Part shown: in pieces, positions 9,155 to 17,632 of the stretch
Layout of the letters: every line of letters starts with the position of its first letter
Numbering within the stretch: the first letter of the stretch is position 1
DNA from: Holophaga sp.
GTDB taxonomy: Bacteria > Acidobacteriota > Holophagae > Holophagales > Holophagaceae
Assembly (NCBI GenBank): GCA_016715205.1
Contig: JADKBC010000017.1
Span: 19,911 to 83,910, forward strand
Direction of reading: 5' to 3'
Length of the DNA: 64,000 nucleotides
The notes under the pieces: generated by a model
Database searches by the model: none
What the model was told of the DNA's origin: nothing
The model's input: the letters and a program-made list of their open reading frames with translations, nothing else
Position numbers and translations under genes: made by a program

Positions 9155-10441
9155 ATGGCTGCCGCTCTCAAGAAACCCAACATCCTCCGCGCCGTGGGCA
9201 AGGAAAATTTCCTGTTCGCCCTGCGGGCCATGTTCTCTCAAAAACTGCGCAGCTTCCTCACCCTTCTGGGCATCGCCGCAGGGGTCGCCACCGTCATCGC
9301 CATGGTGAGTTTCGTGGTGGGCTTCAACAACGCGGTAACGGAAGCCTTCACGGCCTTTGGTACGACCCTGGTCCAGTTCCAGAAGTACGAACCACGCTTT
9401 GGGCAAGGTGGCCCATTGCCCGAAGAACAGAAGCGACGCCGGGATCTCACCCGCGATGACGCGGAAGCCCTGAAACGTCTGTCCACCTTGGCGGCGGCAG
9501 TGTCTCAGGAACGGTATTCCTTTGGCACGGGCGTGACCATCAAGAACCGGAAGGGCGAAGAGGCCAACGGCCCCACCTTCTGCGGCACCAATCCGGATTA
9601 CGCTCCCGCAAACAACAGCACCGTGAACGACGGCCGCTTTTTTGTGGATGCCGACGTCATCCACGCCTCCCACACCTGTGTCATCGGCCCCGATGTGGTG
9701 AAGGCTCTCTGGCCTCGCAAGGATCCCCTGGGCCAGGAATTGATGGTGAACGGTGTGCCTTTCCAGGTGGTGGGCGTACTCGACAAGAAACCAGAATTCG
9801 GGGATGGCGGTGCCAACAACATCGTCTTGATTCCCATCAGCACCTTCGATGAGATGTTCCCCCAGATCAAGAATGGCGGCGGCGATACCATCCACATCGC
9901 CACCATTCCCAAGGATCCCGCCCGCATGGACGAGATGACCGATCAGGAAGTGGCGATCCTGCGCGCACGGCGCGGGTTGAAACCCAACCAGCCCAATGAT
10001 TTCGCCATTTTCACCAGCGAGGGACAGCTTCAGCAGTTCAAGCAGATCACCGGCGGCATCGCGGGTGCCATGATCCTCATCGCAGGTATTGCCCTGGTGG
10101 TGGGCGGTGTGGGCGTCATGAACATCATGCTGGTGACGGTCACCGAGCGCACCCGGGAGATCGGCGTGCGCAAGGCCCTCGGCGCCACCCGCAAAGACAT
10201 CGCCGCGCAGTTCCTGGTGGAGGCCGTCTCCCTGACCGGCGTGGGCGGCGCCATCGGCATCGCCGTGGGGCTGGGCATCGCCCTCCTCGCCCGGGTCGCG
10301 CTGGATTTCCCCACGGCGGCACCGCTCTGGTCCATTGTGCTGGGCTTTGGCGTGAGCACCGCCATCGGCCTCATCTTCGGCATGTGGCCTGCCTTGAAAG
10401 CAGCCAAGCAGGATCCCATCGAGGCCCTGCGGTACGAGTAA
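9155..10441 (+). CDS. MacB/FtsX-type ABC transporter permease (second paralogue)
   Basis: Same architecture as the preceding gene. Motif VTERTREIGVRKALGATRKDI. It starts 2 nt after the previous stop. Confidence 0.9.
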   Translation: MAAALKKPNILRAVGKENFLFALRAMFSQKLRSFLTLLGIAAGVATVIAMVSFVVGFNNAVTEAFTAFGTTLVQFQKYEPRFGQGGPLPEEQKRRRDLTRDDAEALKRLSTLAAAVSQERYSFGTGVTIKNRKGEEANGPTFCGTNPDYAPANNSTVNDGRFFVDADVIHASHTCVIGPDVVKALWPRKDPLGQELMVNGVPFQVVGVLDKKPEFGDGGANNIVLIPISTFDEMFPQIKNGGGDTIHIATIPKDPARMDEMTDQEVAILRARRGLKPNQPNDFAIFTSEGQLQQFKQITGGIAGAMILIAGIALVVGGVGVMNIMLVTVTERTREIGVRKALGATRKDIAAQFLVEAVSLTGVGGAIGIAVGLGIALLARVALDFPTAAPLWSIVLGFGVSTAIGLIFGMWPALKAAKQDPIEALRYE

Positions 10442-10496
10442 AACTGGAGTCCGCCTCCGCCCGCGCCGATAGGCCAAAGGTTGTCGGAGGTCTCCC

Positions 10497-11468
10497 ATGC
10501 TCGATCTGCTCCTTGCGGCCTGTCTGAGTTTCCCTGTCCATGCGGCGATGGAAGAACCACCCAAGCCCGAAGCGCCCAAGGCTGAGCCAGCCAAGGCCGC
10601 CAAAAAGCGAACTTCGGTGGCGGTTCCCGAAGAGGACGCTGCCGCCAAGGAGAAATCGACCACCCCTCCGGTACCCAAACCCGCTCCAAAGCCGAAACCA
10701 CTGGCACCGCCTCCCGACACCAAACGCCTGGTGGAGGCCGAAGCCCGAGCCACCAAGCTGGCCGCCGAAAACGCGAAACTCCAAGAAGCTCTGGCGCGTA
10801 AAGAAGTTTCTGGAACCAGTGAGATCAAGAGCCCTGGCGAAGCCTTGGCGGAATTGAAGACAGGCAATCTTCGTTTCGTGGAAGGCCGTCGTGTCCGCAC
10901 CCTGCTCGCCTCCCAGGACCCCGAGCTGCGCCAGACCTTGGCCAAGGGCCAGGCGCCCTTCGCGGTGATCGTCACCTGTTCCGATAGCCGCATGATGGAT
11001 AACTTCATTTTTGATCAGGAACTGGGCAGGCTCTTCACGATCCGGGAAGCGGGTAACTGTCCGGATATCCAGGGCATCGCGTCGGTGGAATACGCGGTGG
11101 AACACCTGGGTTCCAAGGTGGTGATCGTGCTGGGCCACACGGCCTGCGGGGCCGTGAAAGCCGTTGCTGAAGCAGGCGGAAAGCCCCTGCCCGGCAACCT
11201 CTGGTCCTTTCAGGCGGCCATGGCTGGGCTGCTGGAAACCACCCCCGAGGATCCCAACGAAAGCGCCGGGGATCATCTCCGCCATCTGGAACGGAACAAC
11301 GCCATCCGCCAAGCTCAGATCGTATTGGATCGCAGCGAGATCGTGCGGCATCTCGTGGGGGCGGGCAAGGTCCAGGTCCTGCCCGCGGTCTATGACCTGG
11401 GCACGGGCCACGTGACCTTCCTGGAACTACCCAAGGCTGCCAAGCAGGGGGAATCGGCGCATCATTGA
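10497..11468 (+). CDS. Beta-class carbonic anhydrase with secreted low-complexity/coiled-coil N-terminal extension
   Basis: Zinc-ligand motifs VTCSDSR and GHTACGAV. The N-terminus has a signal-like MLDLLLAACLSFPVHAA, a Pro/Ala/Lys-rich stretch and a short coiled coil. GGAGG lies 6 nt upstream of the ATG. Confidence 0.85.
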   Translation: MLDLLLAACLSFPVHAAMEEPPKPEAPKAEPAKAAKKRTSVAVPEEDAAAKEKSTTPPVPKPAPKPKPLAPPPDTKRLVEAEARATKLAAENAKLQEALARKEVSGTSEIKSPGEALAELKTGNLRFVEGRRVRTLLASQDPELRQTLAKGQAPFAVIVTCSDSRMMDNFIFDQELGRLFTIREAGNCPDIQGIASVEYAVEHLGSKVVIVLGHTACGAVKAVAEAGGKPLPGNLWSFQAAMAGLLETTPEDPNESAGDHLRHLERNNAIRQAQIVLDRSEIVRHLVGAGKVQVLPAVYDLGTGHVTFLELPKAAKQGESAHH

Positions 11469-11472
11469 GGGC

Positions 11473-12894
11473 ATGGACACTCACGAATTCCGCCGCCTCG
11501 GACATGACCTGATCGAATGGATCGCGGCCTACCGCGAGGGTATCGAAGGATATCCCGTCATGAGCCCCGCCCAGCCTGGCGACATCAGCCGCCAGCTGCC
11601 CCGCACACCGCCCCTAAAGCCCGAAGGTTTGGAGGCGATCCTGGGCGATCTGGACCGCATCGTGATGTCTGGTATCACCCACTGGAATCACCCTGGTTTT
11701 TTCGCCTATTTCCCTTCCAATTCCAGCCTTTCGTCTGTGCTTGCGGATCTCGTCTGCGCCGGGCTGGGCAGCCAGGGCATGAGTTGGCAAACCAGCCCCG
11801 CAGCCACGGAAGTGGAAGACGTGGTCATGGATTGGCTGCGCCAGATGCTGGGCCTTTCCGAGGCTTTCACGGGCGTCATCCAGGACACGGCCAGCACGGC
11901 CACCTTCTGCGCCCTGCTCTGTGCCCGGGAAAGAACCTCTGCCTTCAGCCAGAATCGCGGCGGCCTGCAAGCCGAAGCGGTGCCGCTGATGGTGTACGCC
12001 TCTGATCAAGGCCATAGTTCCATCCCCAAGGCCGCGCTGCTGGCGGGCTTCGGCAAGGATCATTTGCGCCTGATCCCCACCGATGCTGACCATGCCCTGC
12101 GGCTCGATCTCCTGGAAGCCGCCATCCAGGCTGACCTCGCTGCGGGCCGTAAACCCTGCGCCCTGGTCGCCGCCATTGGCACCACCGCCACCACCGCCAT
12201 GGATCCTCTGTGGGCCATGGCCGTGCTAGCCCAGAAATACGGCCTCTGGTTGCACGTGGATGCGGCCATGGCGGGCACGGCGATGATCTGTCCCGAATGC
12301 CGGAGCCTGTGGAACGGCGTCGAAGCCGCAGATTCCCTGGTGCTCAACCCGCATAAATGGATGGGCACGGGCTTTGATCTCACCGCCTATTTCGTGCGCG
12401 ATCCCGAACATCTCATTCGCGTGATGGGCACCAATCCCAGCTACCTGCACACCGCCCAGGATGGCGAGGTGCGCAATCTGCGCGACTGGGGTATTCCACT
12501 GGGGCGGCGCTTCCGGGCCCTCAAGCTCTGGTTCCTCATCCGCGACCAGGGGGTGGAAGGTCTCCAGGCCCGCATCCGCCGCGACCTTGCCAATGCCCAG
12601 TGGCTGAAGGAACAGGTTGATGCCGCACCCGGATGGGAGCGCATGGCACCCGTGGCGTTGCAAACCGTGTGCATTCGCCACGTCCCCGATACCTTGAGGG
12701 GTGATGAAGCCGCGCTCAAAACCCACAATCTCGCCATCGCGGAGCGCATCAACCATGCAGGGCGAAGTTATCTGACGCCATCCGTATTGAAGGGCCAGCA
12801 GATGATCCGCGTTTCCATCGGTGCCGAGGCCACCGAGCGGAAACACGTGGAAGCCCTGTGGGCGGATTTACAGGCCGCGACGCTGGGGCGCTGA
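11473..12894 (+). CDS. Group II pyridoxal-phosphate-dependent (aromatic amino acid/tyrosine-type) decarboxylase
   Basis: PLP-lysine motif SLVLNPHKW, plus family-typical HWNHPGFFAYFP and length. Confidence 0.85.
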   Translation: MDTHEFRRLGHDLIEWIAAYREGIEGYPVMSPAQPGDISRQLPRTPPLKPEGLEAILGDLDRIVMSGITHWNHPGFFAYFPSNSSLSSVLADLVCAGLGSQGMSWQTSPAATEVEDVVMDWLRQMLGLSEAFTGVIQDTASTATFCALLCARERTSAFSQNRGGLQAEAVPLMVYASDQGHSSIPKAALLAGFGKDHLRLIPTDADHALRLDLLEAAIQADLAAGRKPCALVAAIGTTATTAMDPLWAMAVLAQKYGLWLHVDAAMAGTAMICPECRSLWNGVEAADSLVLNPHKWMGTGFDLTAYFVRDPEHLIRVMGTNPSYLHTAQDGEVRNLRDWGIPLGRRFRALKLWFLIRDQGVEGLQARIRRDLANAQWLKEQVDAAPGWERMAPVALQTVCIRHVPDTLRGDEAALKTHNLAIAERINHAGRSYLTPSVLKGQQMIRVSIGAEATERKHVEALWADLQAATLGR

Positions 12895-12940
12895 GCCATC
12901 CCAAGCCAAACGGTCGTTGCCGAGGATGCGCGGGTCTTTT

Positions 12941-13717
12941 CTATTCTTTGAACGCATCCACCAGTTCCTGCTGTACCCAGAGATTCCCGGCGATCACGCT
13001 GCCGCTCTCGAACCACCCTTCGCCGCCTTCCCAGTCCGAGATGAGCCCACCGGCTTCCTGCACCAGCAAGACACCTGCGGCCATGTCCCACTTCTGCAGG
13101 CCCAGTTCGAAAAAGCCGTCATAGATGCCCGCCGCCACGTGGGCGAGATCCAGGGCCGCGCTCCCCGCCCGGCGGATGCCCTTGGCGCGGTAGAACGTCG
13201 CCTCCAGCGCCTTGGTGAAGAGCTTGAACCGCTCTCCCAGTTGAAAGGCGAAGCCTGTGGCCAGAAAGGCGCCATCCAGGCCTGACTGCTGGGAAATGGA
13301 CATGGGCTGCCCGTTCCACGTGGCGCCTTCGCCGCGCGTGGCAAGAAAGAGATCTTCCCGTAGCGGATCCCACACGCAGCCCACCACTGGCCCCTGCGCG
13401 TCCCACAGGGCGACGGAAACGCACCAATGGGGAAAGCCCTGCACGAAATTCAACGTGCCATCCAAGGGGTCCACGATCCACACCCGGCTGTTCTCGCCCG
13501 AAGCACCCGTTTCCTCGCCAAGAAAGGAATACTGCGGAAAGCGCAGGTCCAGCTCAGCCTTGATGGCGGCCTCGGAAGCCCGATCCGCATCGCTCACATA
13601 ATCGTTTTTCGATTTTTCGGTGACGGTGCCGGGTTCCAGCTTGCGGAAATAGGGCACCAGCGCCCGACCTCCAGCCAGGGCGGCTGCCACGCAGGCTTCA
13701 CGTTGAGCTTCGAACAT
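12941..13717 (-). CDS. Inositol monophosphatase family protein (SuhB-like)
   Basis: IMPase signatures WIVDPLDGTLNF and the C-terminal WDMAAG. Confidence 0.85.
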   Translation of the reverse strand: MFEAQREACVAAALAGGRALVPYFRKLEPGTVTEKSKNDYVSDADRASEAAIKAELDLRFPQYSFLGEETGASGENSRVWIVDPLDGTLNFVQGFPHWCVSVALWDAQGPVVGCVWDPLREDLFLATRGEGATWNGQPMSISQQSGLDGAFLATGFAFQLGERFKLFTKALEATFYRAKGIRRAGSAALDLAHVAAGIYDGFFELGLQKWDMAAGVLLVQEAGGLISDWEGGEGWFESGSVIAGNLWVQQELVDAFKE

Positions 13718-13812
13718 GCGAAAGCGCCTCCAGGTTCATGGCTCAGTATGGGGGGATTTCGGATGGTCAAACCTGACAGAAATGGTAAACTTTAAAGGTT
13801 CGAGGTCAGCCG

Positions 13813-14355
13813 ATGCCCAAGGTCATCAACATTGAGCCCACTCCAAATCCAGATGCGCTGAAATTCATCCTTCAGCGACCCATTCTCAAATCAGGGGTGC
13901 GTTCGTTCCGAGATTTTGCCGCTGCGGTGGGCGATCCCTTGGGCTCTTCCCTGTTTGCCCTGGGCAAGGTGACCTCCGTTTTCTACATGGATCGTTTTGT
14001 TACCGTCAACAAGGAGACCACCGCCGAGTGGAGCGATCTCATCGACGCGGTCTGTGAAGTGGTCGAAGAGCACAACACCGAGGAAGAGGTCGGCTCCACC
14101 ACGCCCGGCCTGCCTTCGGGCAGCACGGACGAAAAGTTGCTGCGCATCAATGCGGTGCTGGACCAGCAGATCCGACCTGGCCTTGCAGGCGATGGTGGAG
14201 GCGTGGAAGTCATCGATTTTGATGGCACGACTTTGCAGATCAGCTATCACGGTGCCTGTGGGTCCTGCCCCAGCGCCCAGGGCGGCACCCTGAGCTACAT
14301 CGAAGGGTTGTTGCAGGATCAGGTCGATCCAGGCATTCGGGTAATCAGCTATTGA
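13813..14355 (+). CDS. Nfu/NifU-like Fe-S cluster scaffold/carrier protein
   Basis: Nfu_N-like N-terminus (IEPTPNPDALKF) and NifU C-terminal domain with CGSCPSAQGGT. Confidence 0.8.
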   Translation: MPKVINIEPTPNPDALKFILQRPILKSGVRSFRDFAAAVGDPLGSSLFALGKVTSVFYMDRFVTVNKETTAEWSDLIDAVCEVVEEHNTEEEVGSTTPGLPSGSTDEKLLRINAVLDQQIRPGLAGDGGGVEVIDFDGTTLQISYHGACGSCPSAQGGTLSYIEGLLQDQVDPGIRVISY

Positions 14356-14425
14356 AGTTTGCGGATAGCTATCCATCGGTTACCTCGTTGGGGGGTATAT
14401 TTCTATCCACCCCTCGAGTCAGCCG

Positions 14426-15511
14426 ATGACCGAAACCCGCCCGAAACCGAAGCGCAGCCGCCCGCGTACCCGCAGCGGCGGAAATTCCATGAGCCACCTT
14501 CAGGCCTTGGGAGAACTGGTCGATCATGCCTTTCCGGATCCCACGCGGCTCTTCGACCACGGGCTTGCCCTGATGGTGCAGGAGCTGGGCGTGGATCACG
14601 CCGTGATGAGTCGCCTAACGGCCCTTGGCTGGGAAGCCTTCTGGTGGGCCACCGCCCCCGGCATCGAACCGGATCTGGCCATCCACGAGCCCGCCCACAG
14701 CTTCTGCCCCCACGTGCTGGAGCACCCGGGCCGCAGCTTGATGATCCGCGATGCGACCATCAACCCTGCCTGGAAAAACCACAGCGCCACCAAACAGCAG
14801 GGCGTGAAAGCTTATCTAGGCGCAGCCCTCAATCAATCGGGGCGGATCATGGGCGTGCTTTCGGTAACAAGCCGCAGCCCCAAACAATTCAGCCGGGCCG
14901 AAGTGGCCATGGTGAAAGCCCTGGCCAATCTTTTTGGCAAAAGCCTCGAAGTGGAGCAGCTCAAGCACGAACTCCAGATGACCCGGGATGCCCTGGATCT
15001 AACCACCGCCGTGGTGGAAGACAGTGCCCTGGAATCTCCCGCCTCCCGCCTTCCCAATCTGCACTATCTAGATATTTGGTTGAAGGCGAACCTGTTCCTG
15101 GCCCGCCGCCGGGGCGAGGCCATGGCCGTGGTGCGCTGGGCTCTCCCCCTGACTCCGAAATCCCGACGATCCCTGCAGGAAGTCTCCGAGGCACTGCGGG
15201 GCGAAGACCTGCTGGTGGATCTGGGGCAGGAAGAATTCCTGCTCCTGCTGCCGCGCACCGAGCAGGAAGGCGCCCAGATTCTTCTAGGCCGCATCCGGGA
15301 AAAACTCGGCACTGTACCCATGGGCGCCACCCTTTGGAGCCCTTTGCACCGCATCGACCGGGATGATTTCACCCTCAAACGGGCCACCAAACGTGCCGCT
15401 CTGGCGCTGCATCGCAGCGCAGAAACGCGCACTGCCGCAGAAGCAAAGATCGTGTGGGACATCCTAGTCGTGAATCCCGACGAATTGGCTGATATTACAA
15501 ATCCCTGGTGA
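14426..15511 (+). CDS. GAF-domain protein with degenerate GGDEF-like C-terminal domain
   Basis: GAF-like core (AYLGAALNQSGRIMGVLSV). The C-terminal region aligns to GGDEF but has LGQEEFLLLLP instead of GG(D/E)EF and lacks the D.D.FK.(I/V)ND segment. The start could also be Met22 (14489). Confidence 0.6.
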   Translation: MTETRPKPKRSRPRTRSGGNSMSHLQALGELVDHAFPDPTRLFDHGLALMVQELGVDHAVMSRLTALGWEAFWWATAPGIEPDLAIHEPAHSFCPHVLEHPGRSLMIRDATINPAWKNHSATKQQGVKAYLGAALNQSGRIMGVLSVTSRSPKQFSRAEVAMVKALANLFGKSLEVEQLKHELQMTRDALDLTTAVVEDSALESPASRLPNLHYLDIWLKANLFLARRRGEAMAVVRWALPLTPKSRRSLQEVSEALRGEDLLVDLGQEEFLLLLPRTEQEGAQILLGRIREKLGTVPMGATLWSPLHRIDRDDFTLKRATKRAALALHRSAETRTAAEAKIVWDILVVNPDELADITNPW

Positions 15512-15554
15512 ACGCCCCCACCCCCTGCGTGCATCGAAGAACCGGAGGCTAGAT

Positions 15555-17615
15555 TTGGAAACACCCATGCTTGACACCACCATGCCCCTGGAAACACAGC
15601 CCGACTTGATGCCGGATGCTACGGAACTGAAGCGTTGGTACGGGCTCATGCACATGGGTCGGGTGTTGGACGACAAGGCTCCCAACTATTTAAAGCAGGC
15701 TATTGGCTGGTCCTATCACGCCCCATGCGCCGGTCATGACGGTATTCAGTTGGCCTTGGGCCTCAGCTTCCGTGCCGGGCAGGATTTTCTGTTTCCCTAC
15801 TACCGCGACATGCTCACCTGTCTGGCCGCGGGTCTGACGCCTCTGGAAATCATCCTGAACGGCATTTCCAAACGCGACGATGTGGCTGGCGGCGGGCGCC
15901 ACATGTCCAACCATTTTGCGAAGCCCGAAATCGGCATCCAGAACGTTTCCAGCCTCACGGGAAACCATGTGCAGCACGCTGCTGGCCTGGCTCGAGCGGC
16001 CAAGTATTACCAGAGCAATGCCATCACCTTCAGCAGCCAGGGGGAATCCAGCCTCTCCGAAGGCTACTGCTACGAGGCCATCGTGGGCGCGGACCGGGAA
16101 AAGTTGCCGGTGGTGTTCGTGGTGCAGGACAACGGCTATGGCATTTCCGTGCCCAAGTGCGATCAGGCCGCCAACGAACAACTCTGCGACACCTTTTCCG
16201 GCCTGCCCAACCTCCGCATTTTCAAATGCGACGGGCTGGATGTGATGGATAGCCTGCGCGCCATGCGCGCGGGTATCGCCCATGCACGCTCCGGGGCAGG
16301 CCCTGCCATGGTCTACGCCATGTGCGTTCGCATCGGTTCCCATTCCAACTCCGATCGCCATGATTGGTACCGGGATGAAATGGAATTGGCTGCGGCCAAG
16401 GCCAAGGACCCACTGCCGCGATTCCGCGATTTCTGTCTGCAACAGGGTCTGCCTGAAACAGAGCTGAAGGCCTTGGAACTTGAGAATCTGGCTCGGTACA
16501 ACGAGGCCTCAGAAACGGCGATCAAGTCCGCAGACCCCGATCCCGCTACCATTTTCGACTACGTGCTCCCCGAGCCTTGGGTCAGTGAGAAATACCCCGA
16601 AGGCCTGCACACGGAAGACGGCGAAGCCGTCACCCTGCTGCATGCCCTGAACCACACCCTCAAGGAAGAGTTCCGCCACAACCCCGACACCTTCATCTGG
16701 GGCCAGGATATGGCCAACAAGGAGAAGGGCGGCATCTTCAACGTTTCAAAGGGCATGCAAGCGGAGTTCGGCAAAGCGCGCGTCTTCAATGCACCCATTG
16801 CAGAAGATTTCATCGTGGGCACTGCCAACGGCTTTTCCCGCTTCAACGACAAGATTCGTGTGGTAGTGGAAGGCGCTGAGTTTGCCGACTACATCTGGCC
16901 CGCTGCCGAGCAGATCGTGGAATGCAGTCACGATTATTGGCGCACCAACGGACAATTCAGTCCCAACATCACCATCCGCCTGGCCAGTGGCGGCTACATC
17001 GGGGGCGGTCTCTACCACAGCCAGAACGTGGAAGGCTGGCTCACCACGCTGCCTGGCATTCGCGTGGTGGTTCCCGCCTTCGCCGATGATGCGGCGGGCC
17101 TGCTGCGCACGGCCATGCGTTCCCGGGGCACCACCCTCTATTTGGAGCCCAAATTTCTCTACAACTCCGCCATGGCCAAAACCCACATCCCTGCTGAATT
17201 TGCGGTCCCCTTCGGCAAGGCCAAGATTCGACGCGCGGGGAAGCACCTGACGATCCTGGCCTACGGCACACCGGTGCATTTCGCGCTGGAAACGGCCACC
17301 AAACTGGCCAAGGAAGGCGTCGAAGTGGAAGTGGTCGATCTGCGCAGCCTGTTGCCCCTGGACACGGAAACGATTTTCGCCAGCGTCAAGAAGACCCACC
17401 GCGTGCTCGTAGCTCATGAGGACAAGGTCTTCGGCGGATTCGGCGGCGAGTTGGCCGCCCAGGTATCCAAAGAATGCTTCGCCTGGCTCGATGCGCCGGT
17501 GGAACGGGTGGGCTCAACGTTCACGCCCGTGGGCTTCAACCGCATCCTGGAACGCGCGATTCTGCCCAATACCGAAAAGGTTTTGGCCGCCGCCCGGAGC
17601 GTATTGGCGTTCTGA
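15555..17615 (+). CDS. 2-oxoacid dehydrogenase E1 component, fused alpha/beta subunits
   Basis: A 686-aa protein. The N-terminal half is TPP-binding E1-alpha-like and the C-terminal half is transketolase-like E1-beta. The TTG start at 15555 lies 6 nt after GGAGG; an alternative ATG is at 15567. Confidence 0.85.
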   Translation: METPMLDTTMPLETQPDLMPDATELKRWYGLMHMGRVLDDKAPNYLKQAIGWSYHAPCAGHDGIQLALGLSFRAGQDFLFPYYRDMLTCLAAGLTPLEIILNGISKRDDVAGGGRHMSNHFAKPEIGIQNVSSLTGNHVQHAAGLARAAKYYQSNAITFSSQGESSLSEGYCYEAIVGADREKLPVVFVVQDNGYGISVPKCDQAANEQLCDTFSGLPNLRIFKCDGLDVMDSLRAMRAGIAHARSGAGPAMVYAMCVRIGSHSNSDRHDWYRDEMELAAAKAKDPLPRFRDFCLQQGLPETELKALELENLARYNEASETAIKSADPDPATIFDYVLPEPWVSEKYPEGLHTEDGEAVTLLHALNHTLKEEFRHNPDTFIWGQDMANKEKGGIFNVSKGMQAEFGKARVFNAPIAEDFIVGTANGFSRFNDKIRVVVEGAEFADYIWPAAEQIVECSHDYWRTNGQFSPNITIRLASGGYIGGGLYHSQNVEGWLTTLPGIRVVVPAFADDAAGLLRTAMRSRGTTLYLEPKFLYNSAMAKTHIPAEFAVPFGKAKIRRAGKHLTILAYGTPVHFALETATKLAKEGVEVEVVDLRSLLPLDTETIFASVKKTHRVLVAHEDKVFGGFGGELAAQVSKECFAWLDAPVERVGSTFTPVGFNRILERAILPNTEKVLAAARSVLAF

Positions 17616-17632
17616 ACTGATAACCTTTGGGA

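Noticed and set aside
8684-11008. 774-aa minus-strand ORF, the fourth-longest ORF in the track
   Set aside because: It runs antisense to two MacB/FtsX permease genes and the carbonic anhydrase gene, all of which have clear family motifs. Its translation is Ala/Gly/Arg/Pro-rich low complexity, typical of open antisense frames in high-GC DNA.
14359-15366. 335-aa plus-strand ORF overlapping the GAF/GGDEF-like gene in another frame
   Set aside because: Its translation is extremely Pro/Arg/Gly/Ser-rich with no motifs, whereas the 14426..15511 frame gives a recognisable GAF domain.
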